Shown here in pieces: positions 1-12,417 of a stretch of DNA of 64,000 bases (within the stretch, counting starts at the first letter, position 1; each line of letters begins with the position of its first letter). Origin of the DNA: Eledone cirrhosa. Taxonomy: Eukaryota. Position numbers and translations under genes: made by a program. The DNA is taken from positions 28,644,001 to 28,708,000 of the forward strand of contig OZ024756.1 in NCBI GenBank assembly GCA_964016885.1, in the 5' to 3' direction. The notes under the pieces were generated by a model, which did not search any database, was not told the origin of the DNA, and worked only from the letters and a program-made list of their open reading frames with translations.

Positions 1-84
<84 letters not shown>

Positions 85-89
85 GTATG

Positions 90-148
<59 letters not shown>

Positions 149-169
149 GTATGTATATATATATGTATG

Positions 170-200
<31 letters not shown>

Positions 201-325
201 ATATATGTATATGTATGTATGTATGTATATATATGTATATATATATATGTATATATGTATATATATGTATATATATATATGTATATATGTATATGTATAT
301 ATATATATATGTATATATATGTATA

Positions 326-960
326 CTCTTTTACTCTTTTACCTGTTTCAGCCATCCGGCTGAGGCCATGCTGGGGCACCGCCCTTGCTGCTACACACTT
401 TATCTCCAGCCTGTATAGGTTGGCCACTGGTGTAGGAGGGAGTTTGTTGCTGCTGCCCTTAGGTTTCCCTCGTGTCTTGCTGTGGGCTCATCCGGGATCC
501 TGGATAACAAGGTGTCGAGATGTTTCTTAAAGACATCCACCTCCACGTCATGCAAGTCTCGCAGATGCCTCGGCAGCCTGTTGAAGAGTTGAGGGCCCTT
601 GAATCCCAGGCTATTGCAATACCTGCTCCTTATTCTAGATGTGGAAGACGGGACCTTTGGCACCACACAGTGACGTCCTGTTCGACGGTTGGTCCAGCTC
701 CCAATGCCAAAGTTTGGTGCTAGTCCCTCCAGGATTTTCCACATGTAGATCACTGCGTATCTCTCCCGTCTTCGCTCCAAGGAGTAGAGGTTCAGTTCCT
801 TCAGCCTCTCCCAGTAGCTTGTCTCCCTCATCTTGGCAATCCTCTTGGTGTAGCTTCGCTGGATTGCCTCAAGCTCTGTGGTTAGTTTGACACTATGGGG
901 TGACCACAGCTGGGAGCAGTAGTCCAGGCGGCTTAGGACAAAAGTCCTCCACAGTGTCAG
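326..960 (-). mobile_element. 5'-truncated CR1/L2-group LINE: ORF2 C-terminus plus 3' tail
   Basis: Open frame 960->400 reads [21 protein letters not shown]...[20 protein letters not shown]...LFNRLP...FKKHLD...IPDEP, a typical CR1/L2 post-RT region. Ends in an (AAAAGAGT)n tail and sits within (TA)n. Confidence 0.85.
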
Positions 961-1005
961 TATATGTATATATATATATATGTATATATATATGTATATA
1001 TATGC

Positions 1006-1047
<42 letters not shown>

Positions 1048-1049
1048 GC

Positions 1050-1176
<127 letters not shown>

Positions 1177-2515
1177 CCTTATACACCACTGGCAGTTTTT
1201 ATCATTGATTGAAAATAGTTTTTATATATATAAAAAAAATAACATTGCCTATGACATCCTCCAAAATACTTCTTCACAGAAGCAGTCCATTTTCCCTAAC
1301 TTATAAAAAGCTTCGAAAATGTAGTCTATTTATAGGAAGACACTCTAGCATCATGTGGTCTTAAGAAATATATTAACCAAATTACAGAACATCTATAGTG
1401 CTGACATGAAGGTGCGTAGTAGCTTAATGGTCAGGGTGTTGTGTTCATGATCTCAATATCTGGATTAGATGTTTTGTTGTGTTCTTGAGCAAGACCTTTC
1501 ATTTCATGTCACTCCAGTCTTTATTCAGCTGCAAATGAGTGCCTCCACCAGCACCACTACCACCACCATCACCATTCTTAGTCACTTCACACCAATAAAA
1601 CCAGGACAAAAGGCAAAGCTGACCTCGGCAGAAGAACTGACCCCAGTACTAGACTGGTACTTTATTTGTCAACCTCAAAAAGATGAATGATGACGAAGTT
1701 GACCTTGGCAGAAGAACCATCCCCAGTATTTGACCGCTACTTTATTTATCAACCTTGATAGGATGAGTAATGCAAAGCAGACTATCATATGATTTGAACT
1801 GAGATTTATGTTAAATCTGAAGGGAACTGATAAGATTGGCATCATCATCTCTCCTTTACTACCCCTCATCTCTCTTTTCCTTTTACTACCCCGCTCCTCT
1901 CTCACTTTCAAAAATTACTTTCAAATAAAACTAATTTGGTATGAATTATATGCCAAAATTTCCAGTATAAAAAACAATACATTTCCTAACCTCATCTTTA
2001 TTATATTTCTAATGAAAGACAACCTTTGATTTTCAAATAAAATCAAAAATAATCAAGAAATTGGAGGGATCTAGTAATAGGTTCTTACATAAAATTATGA
2101 TGGAAGGTTTTTTATATAAATATAAAGACTTTATCATAGAACCAGAGGCAGTTTGGTATCAAAAGAGTTAAGTCTCCATTTTGTGAAAGGAAAAGACCCA
2201 ACAGACTCCGTGACAGGACTTAATATGTTTTCAAAAATAGAGACGATTTATTATGCTGTGTAGAGTATTGTGTGATTATTGTCTCTCTACTACTGAATTT
2301 GTTTTCGTTTTTTTTATCTAGGTCTTCAGCCAGTAAAGAATCTCTTAATTTAATTAAACTATATTTTAATTCTCTAATCAAATATATTTTCTTGTTAATC
2401 TTACCCATCATTCTGCTGTATTTATTTAATCACTTTCACTTTTTCATTTGTCATCACAAATCCAAATTCTCTCTCTCTCGCTTTATATACAGACCTATAT
2501 GCATATATGTATCGT

Positions 2516-2572
<57 letters not shown>

Positions 2573-2789
2573 GTATATGTGTTTGTGTACACATGTATAT
2601 ATATCTACCTATGTACATATATGCATCTCTCTCTCTATATATATATACCAAACCACATTTAATCTCTCTTTGCTTCCAAGTCATTTATTCTAAAGAGGGG
2701 AAAATATCCATATGTCCCTCCTGTAAGGGTTAACATGTTTGCCCTCTTAGAAGAAGATATGAAATTCGATGTTTATTGAGTAGTTACTT

Positions 2790-3110
2790 ATTTTTTTTAA
2801 ATGTGCATAGCTCAGAAATCAGGGAGTCAATCCTGGTAGAGCCATTACTTCTCAACATCGAAAGATCACAACTCCAGTACGATGGACATGTAGTTAGAAT
2901 GTCTAAGGAAAGAATCACTGGAAAGATTTAACTGGCAAAGCCAACTAGCAGGAGACCCTGAGGTAGAATTTGAGCATGATGGTTAGCTTATATCCGTAAG
3001 CTTGCTTGGTTATGCTTGGAGATCTTGCTGGATTATTTGGAGATGGTTGCTTCGGATAGGACCATCTAGAAAGTGTACCTGAGTACTTTGAGGATTTTTC
3101 CCACCAAGAA
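2790..3110 (+). mobile_element. Degenerate RTE-clade LINE 3' fragment
   Basis: Translates to ..PLLLNIERSQLQYDGHVVRMSKERI..GDPEV, resembling the RTE LRWxGHVxRM...GRP motif. Same family as 28440-29330. Confidence 0.6.
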
Positions 3111-4030
3111 AATAACAATGATTTCTAATTTAGTCACAAAGTCAGCAGGGAAAGGGGAAAGTCGATTAAATTGACTGGTACTTGACTTTATCAACCCAGG
3201 AAGGATAAAAAGCAAAGTTGACCTTAGTAGGATTTGAACTCTGAATGTAGAGATAATCAAATGCTGCAAGTTATTTTGCTCGATGCTCTAAATGATTCTA
3301 CCAATATACCCCACTCCTCTGTTTTGTTTTTTGTGTATGACTAGCAAGGCCCATGGCATCAGTCGAAGCCCTATCTGTAACAAAATCTGAAGAATCTAGT
3401 TTCATATGAGAAACCCAATATTGTAATGGAATTTATAGCCCTCACATATGCAGGTTTAGTTGGTTTCCATTGAGGTTGCATCTCATAAGAGATTTCTCAA
3501 GTGTTCCAATGATAGGAGCCCCAGCTCGATCGTGGTGCTATTACAGCTCCCATATATATATATATATGCAGGTTTAGCTGACCTCCCCTCAGCTTGCATC
3601 TCATAGGAGGTTTCTCAAGTGTTTTAATGATGGAGACGCCAGTCCTAATATGAAAAGCAATTATGATCTCATCTTTAACTCTTAACGTCCTATACCACAT
3701 ACAACCACATTAGCCAGACATTCTTAATGAGTGCACCACATTAAACTTTAATTCCTTTTAATACTGTAAATTTTTACGATCTGTTCCTCCATAAATATTT
3801 GAATTAAGAAAGCTGTTTTAGATAGTTTCTGCTAAATCATTACTGTATGTCAAAAGTTAATACTGCAAATTTTCACAATGATCTGTCCCCTAGTAACAAT
3901 TCTATAAACATTTGAATTAACAAACCTGTTTTTAGATATTTTCTACTAAATCATTGCAGGATGTTAAAGAGTTAATTTACACCTACATAACCATTTTTTT
4001 TTAAAAACCCATTATTTTAATAATTTTTAG

Positions 4031-4066
4031 ATCTTTTGGATTGAATGGAATTGATTCCTGTTACAG
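4031..4066 (+). CDS. SNRK: Putative SNRK 36-nt microexon, phase 2-2, encoding SFGLNGIDSCY
   Basis: taatttttag| acceptor and CAG|gtaaat donor. Length is 36 nt and it is open in phase 2, like the other SNRK exons. Confidence 0.45.
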
Positions 4067-4446
4067 GTAAATTCCGATATAGTTTTTTTTTTGTTATTTT
4101 TTAAAATATAATTTACACCTTTTTCTTCTATAACAAATTGTTCTGTTCTGTTCAATTGCACAATTACATTTTTAATTTTTATTTAATTTTTTTTTTTTTG
4201 TTTTATTTACCATTTGTTTCTTCCTTTCTTTCTTGCCAAACCATTCCTTGAGCAATTTCTTCTTCTTCAAAGTTTTTGGCTATATCTTCGTAATTTCCTT
4301 GGCCGCAGTTGTTTCATACATAAAAAAAAAAATTTTTCTTTTTTTTTTCTCTCTCTCTTCCTCTCTTTTATATTTTAGCTTAAATAAAACCAGTAGTCCA
4401 AGGATTTTTTTTTATATATCTTTTATCCTTAAAATGATTGTGAATT

Positions 4447-4491
<45 letters not shown>

Positions 4492-4710
4492 TCCATATTT
4501 AATATCCCATCTTAACTTATTATTTTCATCTTTCATCTTCAAAGTTAGAACTACAATAACAGCAATAACAAAAATTTTAAAGCAATTTTCTCTGCTAAAG
4601 CAGGGGTTAGCTTTTCAGGAGTTAACCTTGCAGGAGTTAACCTTGCTAGGGTCCCATGTTAACATTCTTCCATTCTTCTACTTCCTCCCACATTCATTTC
4701 CATCACTCCT

Positions 4711-5295
4711 CTCACCCAGTCACTATCATCTTTCCTCAACACATGACCCAACCATCTCATTCCATTTCTCTTCAGAACATCCATCACTGGCTCTATTTCT
4801 CTGATCCAGTCACTATCATCTTTCCTCAACACATGACCCAACCATCTCATTCCATTTCTCTTCAGAACATCCATCACTGGCTCTATTTCTCTGATCCAGT
4901 CACTATCAAATTTCCTCAACACATGACCCAACCATCTCATTCCATTTCTCTTCAGAACATCCATCACTGGCTCTATTTCTCTGATCCAGTCACTATCAAA
5001 TTTCCTCAACACATGACCCAACCATCTCATTCCATTTCTCTTCAGAACATCCATCACTGGCTCTATTTCTCTGATCCAGTCACTATCAAATTTCCTCAAC
5101 ACATGACCCAACCATCTCATTCCATTTCTCTTCAGAACATCCATCACTGGCTCTATTTCTCTGATCCAGTCACTATCAAATTTCCTCAACACATGACCCA
5201 ACCATCTCATTCCATTTCTGTTCAGAACATTCAACGCTGGCTCTATTCATCTCACCCAGTCACTATCATCTTTCCTCAACACGACACAACTATCC
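4711..5295 (-). repeat. 90-bp tandem array (~6.5 copies) derived from an RTE LINE segment
   Basis: Near-identical 90-bp units. The minus strand reads MRWLGHVLRK[D/F]DSDW, the RTE C-terminal motif. Confidence 0.85.
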
Positions 5296-5667
5296 CATTC
5301 CACGCGCACACACACACACCCACACCCACACACACACAATCTCAAAAAAAAAAAAAAAAAGAGAGAAGCAAAAATGAAATATAGAGTTCCTATTATTTTC
5401 ATGTGCCAGGATGATTTTCAATTTACATATATTCGACAATCTATTATATCTATATGTTACACCCCCCCCCCCCCCTGCTGCTGCACTTCTCTCAGTTTTT
5501 CTTTTTACTGGTCTCTCTGTCTCTCTACGCAGAAAGATAAAAATCAACAACTCTGCAAACTAGTTTTTCTCCTGAAAAGAAAATAATTTGTCTCTTCATC
5601 TCTGACTGTTTGCTTGAGTTGATTCAAATGTTATTTCCCCTTAGATAATGATCGAATTGTATATATG

Positions 5668-5703
<36 letters not shown>

Positions 5704-5788
5704 CATATATATATGTGTGTGTGTGTGATTATTTATATATATATATAAAAATGATAATATTATATATATTATATCTGTATATGAAATC

Positions 5789-5822
<34 letters not shown>

Positions 5823-5906
5823 CCATATATATATATGTGTGCATGTGTGATTATATATATATATAAAAATGATAATATTATATATATTATATCTGTATAT
5901 GAAATC

Positions 5907-5941
<35 letters not shown>

Positions 5942-6399
5942 GCATACATACATAGACACACATAGTTATATAAATATAAAAGATAAATAAGGAAGTGAAT
6001 TTATTGTCTGTAATTGTATTTTGTATTGAATGTGAAATAACATGTGAATGGGATGTTGATTGCTTGAAGGTTTCTTGAAAAAAAATGTCTAAAAAAAACC
6101 CCCAAAATAATCACTTCTGTTCTGTAAAAGAAATACAGTGATACTTCAGAGTACGAGTTTAATTCATTCCATGACCGAGCTCGTTTTATGATTTACTCAT
6201 GTTACAAATCAATTTTCCCTATTGAAATTAATTAAAATATAAATAATCCATTCCAGCCCCATCTGAAAATCATTTTTTTAATGGGTTTTAAAAGAGAAAA
6301 AGTGCAGTTATTAGAAAATAGCAAAATTCGCACACAATTAAAGAAAAAAACACTGGGAAAACACAATAGGGGTGCTCTATGTGTGCGTGTGTGTATATG

Positions 6400-6435
<36 letters not shown>

Positions 6436-6756
6436 GGATTATCAGTAACAGCTAACATTTACTGGTGGGGGTGAGTTTATTTTGGTCTTGGATCAACCTA
6501 ACACTTGTGAATGAAATTGGGCAGGTGGAGACTGTGTGGAAGTCTGCCTGATGTATTTGTACCTATAATTTAAGGGGCCAGCTTTGTTTCACACAGACAC
6601 TCACACACACTTTGCCATGCTGCACCTCCCTGAGAATTACATTGAAGGTACACGTGTCTGTTGAGTACTCAGCCACCATTTTTGCACAATTAATTAACAA
6701 GCTGGACATTGTATTAATTGAACAACTTATTGCTCATTGTTGAAATCGACGAAGGA

Positions 6757-7160
6757 TCCATCACCGCCACCACCACCACCACCACCACCACCTTCACCAC
6801 CATCACCACCTTCACCACCACCACCACCACCACCACCACCACCACCTTCACCACCACCACTACCATCACCAACATCATCATCACCACCAGCTTCACCACC
6901 TTCACCATCATTACCGCCACGACCATCATCATCATCACTACCATCACCAACATCACCATCACCACCTTCACCATCATCATCACCACTACCAACATCACCA
7001 TCACCAACATCACCATCACCACCATCACCACCACCTTCACCACCACCACCATCACTGACACCACCATCACTGACACCACCACCACCATCACTGACATCAT
7101 CACCAACACCATCACTGACACCACCACCACCATCACTGACATCATCACCAACACCACCAT
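6757..7160. repeat. (CAC/CAT)n compound trinucleotide repeat
   Basis: Directly visible; it generates the poly-T/P/V pseudo-ORFs. Confidence 0.95.
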
Positions 7161-7931
7161 GTATCTCATTTCATCTTTTTTTCCTCATTTTCCAATGGGG
7201 GTTCCCCCCCCCCCCATTCCATCGCTGACTCAAGCTACAAATTAGGCAAAAATAATTAAATAAATAAAAAGTAAAAACATAATTTCTAAAATTTATTTTA
7301 AAAGAAATTTAAGAAATAAATTTTTGGTTCTATAAATGACACAATGACCCAAAACTAATAAATATTATTATTATTATTTTTTATTAAAAAAAAAACAAAC
7401 AAAAAAACATTTAAATCCTTGGATTACAAAATAACTACCATAGGAATTAGTCGGAATTTTCGGAGCTGGAATTAATAAAACAACCTTTGTTTGTTAATTC
7501 TTCTTCAATTTGCTTTGCTTAGGTATATTATTTCTTCTAAAATTGAATGTTGTTTTTTTTCTGCAAGAGGAAAAACAAAAAACAAAAAAAAAAACGACCA
7601 GCCCTTCCTCTTCTCTTACACACACGCACACGCACACACACAAAAATGACGGCTTGCTACCTTTTTCTTCCTTTCTTTTTTTCTACCTTTCACGATTTAA
7701 TATTTTTAATTTTATTGCTGAAAGATAAATAATACACATAGACACATGGAATGATAAAAACCGAAACCTTTAATTAATTAATTATTGTTAGTGCTTAATA
7801 GGAAGTAGTTTATTTATTTGTTTGTTCTATTTTCACTCTTTATTTTTTTTTTTTACTGAAATAAATAAAAATAAATAGAATATAACAATTATTATTAATA
7901 ATAATTTTTGTTAGACAGTTCAATTAATATT

Positions 7932-8340
7932 GAGGGCGGTGGATTGACAGTATCGGTAGAGGGTCGGACGCCATGCTTCCCAGCATAGTTGCGGCCTTTT
8001 ATGATCTGAGTTCAAATCCCGCCTAGGTTAACTTTGCCTTTCATCCTTACGGGGTCGATAAAATAAAGTACCAGTAATATACTGGGTAACTGTGGCCTTG
8101 TGCCAATAGTAGAAACAATTATTACTATTAAGGGCAGTGGATTGGCAGAATTGGTAGTGTCGGGCTCCATGCTTTGCAGCATAGAGTTACGGCCCTTTAT
8201 GATCTGAGTTCAAATCCCGCCTAGGTTAACTTTGCCTTTCATCCTTACGGGGTCGATAAAATAAAGTACCAGTCAAGCAACTGGGGTCGATTTAATCGAC
8301 TCCCCCCTCCAAATTACTGGCCTTGTGCCTATACTAGAAA

Positions 8341-8370
<30 letters not shown>
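7932..8370 (+). mobile_element. Two tandem SINE copies (octopus-type, (ATT)n tail)
   Basis: B-box-like gagttcaaatccc, core ctttgcctttcatccttacggggtcgataaaataaagtaccag, (TTA)n tail. Confidence 0.85.
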
Positions 8371-8372
<2 letters not shown>

Positions 8373-8754
8373 TGCTGCTACTTCCTGCCACACTGTTGCT
8401 GCCCACCAATTCCAACAGACCATTTTATTTATCACAATGTTGTTCTTTCCAGATATATTTTTTTTTGTCTTTGTTTCTAATTGTTTATTTATTTTTCTTC
8501 CAAATTTTCTCACTCTAACTTCTGCTCCCCACTTCCACCACTTCCACCACCACCACCACATAGTTGCCTCTTATATATTCTCACTGGCTTTCTTTTTTTT
8601 TCTTTTTCTTTCAAATTATTCTTCACAGAAATCTAACAATTCTTTCTCTCTCTCTCTTTCTCTCTTTGTTTCATTTTTTTTCTTGATTTTATTTTCAATA
8701 CCTGTTGCAACAGATCAGTGAATTTCTATTATAAAAAGTCAAGTGGACATTAAT

Positions 8755-9950
8755 AATAATGATAATAATTGTTTCTACTTTAGGCACAAGGCCAGCAATT
8801 ATCCCAGTGCATTACTGGTACTTTATTTTATCGACCCCGTAAGGATGAAAGGCAAAGTTAACCTTGGCTGGATTTGAACTCAGATCATAAAGGGGTGTAA
8901 CTCTATGCTGCAAAGCACGGTGTCTGACGCTCTACCGATACTGCCAATCCACCGATGATTTGTGATATAGGCACAAGGCCAGCATTTTAAAGGGAAGGAG
9001 AAAGTTGTTTAAATCAACCCCAGTGTATTACCGGTACTTCATTTTATCGACCCCGTAAGGATGAAAGGCGAAGCTAACCTCGGCGGGATTTGAACTCAGT
9101 ACATAAAGGGCCATAACTAAATACTGCCAATCTATCATCCTTAATAATTGTTTCTACTTTAGGCACAAGGCCAGCAATTTATGGGGGATGAAGTCGATTA
9201 AGTTAACTCCAGTACATTACTGGTACTTTATTTTATCGGCCCCATAAGGATGAAAGGCAAAGCTAACCTCAGGGGGTTTAGAACTCAGAACGTAAAGAAT
9301 GGTAACTCTATGCTGCAAAGCATGATGTCCAACGCTCTACTGATATTGCCAATCCATAATAATAATTGTTTCTACTTTTTGGCACAAGGCCAGCAATTAT
9401 CCCAGTGTATCACTGGTACTTTATTTTATCGACCCCGTAAGGATGAAAGGCAAAGTTAACCTCGGCGGGATTTGAACTCAGTCAATCCATAATAATAATG
9501 ATAATTGTTTCTACTTTTGGCACGAGGCCAGCAATTATCCCAGTGCATTACTGGTACTTTATTTTATCGACCCCGTAAGGATAAAAGGCAAAGTTAACCT
9601 CGGTGGGATTTGAACTCGGACCATAATGATAACAATAATGGCGCAATGCCATTATTTTGGGGAAGGAGAAGTTTGATTAAATCAATCCTAGTACTTTTCT
9701 AGTACTTTATTTTATGGACCCTGGAAAGATGGAGGGCAAAATTTACCTCAGCAGGATTTGAACTCAGAATGTAAATGCTGTAAAGCATTTTGTCTGATGC
9801 TTTAACAATTCTGTGTATCTTTATAATAATTGTTTCTGATTTAGGCCTAAGGCCAGCAATTCTGAGGTGGGGGCTAAGTGACTTATCTTGAAAGGCAGAG
9901 TTGGTCTCAGCAGGATTTGCACTCAGAATATAAAGGGCCATAACTAAATA
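8755..9950 (-). mobile_element. Cluster of ~7 full or partial copies of the same SINE, reverse orientation
   Basis: Repeated ctggtactttattttatcgaccccgtaaggatgaaaggcaaagttaacctcggcgggatttgaactc. Confidence 0.85.
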
Positions 9951-10085
9951 CATCGAGGCTATTGATATTAATTGATAGTACTATATATAAATAGTATCTT
10001 GGATATTGTGACTTAGGGAACTCTACTTCCTCCTCCACTATGCATGCAGTAGAACATGCATAATAGAATGCTCTCTTACTCTTTT

Positions 10086-10137
<52 letters not shown>

Positions 10138-10381
10138 CATATATATACATACATACACATACATGTGCACACATAATGTATTTATATAGTTTTGGAATGT
10201 TCGTTAGATTGACAGTTATAACACTGGCCATTCTTTGCACACACACCAATAGTGCCAATTTGATTTAGTCTTTATTCTATCAACTTTCTACTCTCCTGGT
10301 ATGGTCTGAAAGAGTATTAGACTCTTTTCTTATTAGTCTACAGTGTTTGCATAGTTGTTTCATATATGCATATATATATAC

Positions 10382-10585
10382 ATATTTATTACACTAACTA
10401 TACGGTCCATTATATACAGTTGTGTCTTGGTTGCCTATTTCAGATTTTTCTGAGGCAGGCCTCAAATCCTCAGCCTAAAATGGCGTCAATACAGGATTTG
10501 GAGCCTGTCTCAGAAAAAAATCTGAAATAGGCAGCCACAGCAACATCTGTACCTAAATGACAGCATACTTAATGTGATAAATATA
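10382..10585. mobile_element. Foldback/MITE-like imperfect palindrome (~200 bp)
   Basis: tggttgcctatttcagatttttt...aaatcct pairs with aggattt...aaaaaaatctgaaataggcagcca. Outer atatttattacac pairs with gtgataaatat. Confidence 0.7.
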
Positions 10586-10730
10586 CCACATGTCCCACAG
10601 ATTGAGTACTCTCCAAACTTTGTATATTCTTTACCAATTTACACTACACACACGCACATATATATATAGACATACTCACACATACACACGTGTGTCTATA
10701 TATTATATTTGCATATTTATTTCATGTATA

Positions 10731-10766
<36 letters not shown>

Positions 10767-11414
10767 TATATATATGTGCTTGTATACATTTATTAACTTC
10801 AATTTCTTTTCAATGTCATTCATGTTTTTCTTTGTAATTTATCAAAATTGATAGAGATTTATTTTTATCTGATATTCTGTGAGTGTTTGTAGAGTAAAGT
10901 GTGCCTCTGTTGCTTTTGATGACTGTTTCAGTGGTTCAGTCAATAGAACGGCCTACTAGTTAAATGAACATGCAAGTGGTTGAGCATTCCACAGACATAT
11001 GTACTCTAAACATAATTGCCTGGGTGATCCCACAATTAATTAATGAAGAATTATGGGGATTTTTTAAAATTATTCATTATTTCATTAGTAAGACAGTAAC
11101 CTGATATATGGCTTCCATATAAAATTATTTTGGAAGATTTTAATTTGAATAGGAAAGCGTTATGATAGATGCTTTTGATTGCTACACTGAAGGCCAGTTT
11201 TTGCTGGGCTGGGCTGGGTTGGGCTGGTATCAGAAGGATCAATAGTTAACATCAGTAATGTCTCGTCATTTTTGTTCTGCCCCACCCCTCCTCCTAATTT
11301 TTGACAAGAAAAAAGATACAATGTAAACGTTACACTAAAAGTGCAGATCAGCTTCAACTTTGCAATCTCACTGGAGGGTGGGGATGGGTGGTAGTTGGAA
11401 AGAGACATCAATGA

Positions 11415-11556
11415 CTCAAGGGCAGGTTACAAATTAGACAGTGGTGTCCAACAGCTCAGGGGCAGGTTATAAATTAGACTGTGGTGTCCAACAGCTCAAG
11501 GACAAGTTACAAATTAGACAGTGGTGTCCAACAGCTCAAGGGCAGATTACAAATTA
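11415..11556. repeat. ~41-bp minisatellite, ~3.5 copies
   Basis: ctcaagggcaggttacaaattagacagtggtgtccaacag repeated. Confidence 0.85.
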
Positions 11557-12133
11557 ATCAGTGGTGTTGAACAACTTCCCCACCCCAGGTTACTGGATAG
11601 GACATAGGACTTAGATTAGTGAAGTCGTACATAAATAATACACATCGAGAAAATATGAGATTTGGTTCTCTTACGAGGAGGCACAATGACTGGGTACTTA
11701 CCCCTCCTTCCTCTTTAATGAAAGGACTCCCTGCTGTCATGACTCACCATGGGTTTGCCAATTCCATGGCACAAGATGGAGCAGTGTGTTTTGCTGAAGA
11801 CCAGCAATTGCCCATGTAAGTAAGTCTCCCCTTTCCACACCAGCAATGTTATTCAAGGATAAGGAACAGCTGATATAAAATGACACCAGTATCATCACAA
11901 CTTATTTTCCCCAGCTGAATTTTTGACTTTACGGTTGTGAGCCCAACACCCTAACTACGAGGGCACACACCTTCACTGTACCAGACATTCACAAACTTTA
12001 CAATAGTTATTGTACTGTGACATTGTCCTAGACATGGCATATCATACTCCTCGCCTCAGTGTACCTAACTTCAAACAAAAACTTCACATATACTTCATGG
12101 ATTCAATGGTAAATGGCACAAAGAATACTCGCT

Positions 12134-12417
12134 GTTAACTTTTTTGTTACCAACTCACCTGGAACCACCTCAGTTTCTAGGATGAAAAAAAATAAACCGT
12201 TTGTTTTAAAGTGTTTATATTTAAATTTAAACCTCACATCCTAAATTTATGTAAGAACTTTTTCTTGGGTTATGTTCTAAACATCATCTTAATAATGAGA
12301 CAGTTCGATATTTTACTAAATCCCCCAAATTTTTTCGTAATTAAAAAAAACAAAACAATAAAACTGAAAATCATAGGCAGGATATTTCAGAATAAATATG
12401 GTAAAGGAGAGATTAAA
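12134..12417. mobile_element. Degenerate TTAA-flanked MITE (piggyBac-like)
   Basis: ttaacttttttgttacc ... ggtaaaggagagattaa; reverse-oriented relative of 15861-16170. Confidence 0.5.

Noticed and set aside
2322-2332. 11-nt exon candidate (tag|GTCTTCAGCCA|gtaaag)
   Set aside because: Not frame-preserving and incompatible with the phase of the 4031 exon; no further support.
4233-4502. ORF with a transmembrane-like stretch (VFGYIFVISLAAVVSY)
   Set aside because: T-rich intron sequence naturally encodes hydrophobic residues; the acceptor would be an atypical GAG and there is no clear donor.
6714-7245. Extensin- or mucin-like poly-Pro/poly-Thr ORFs
   Set aside because: CAC/CAT trinucleotide repeat open in several frames, with no splice or coding context.
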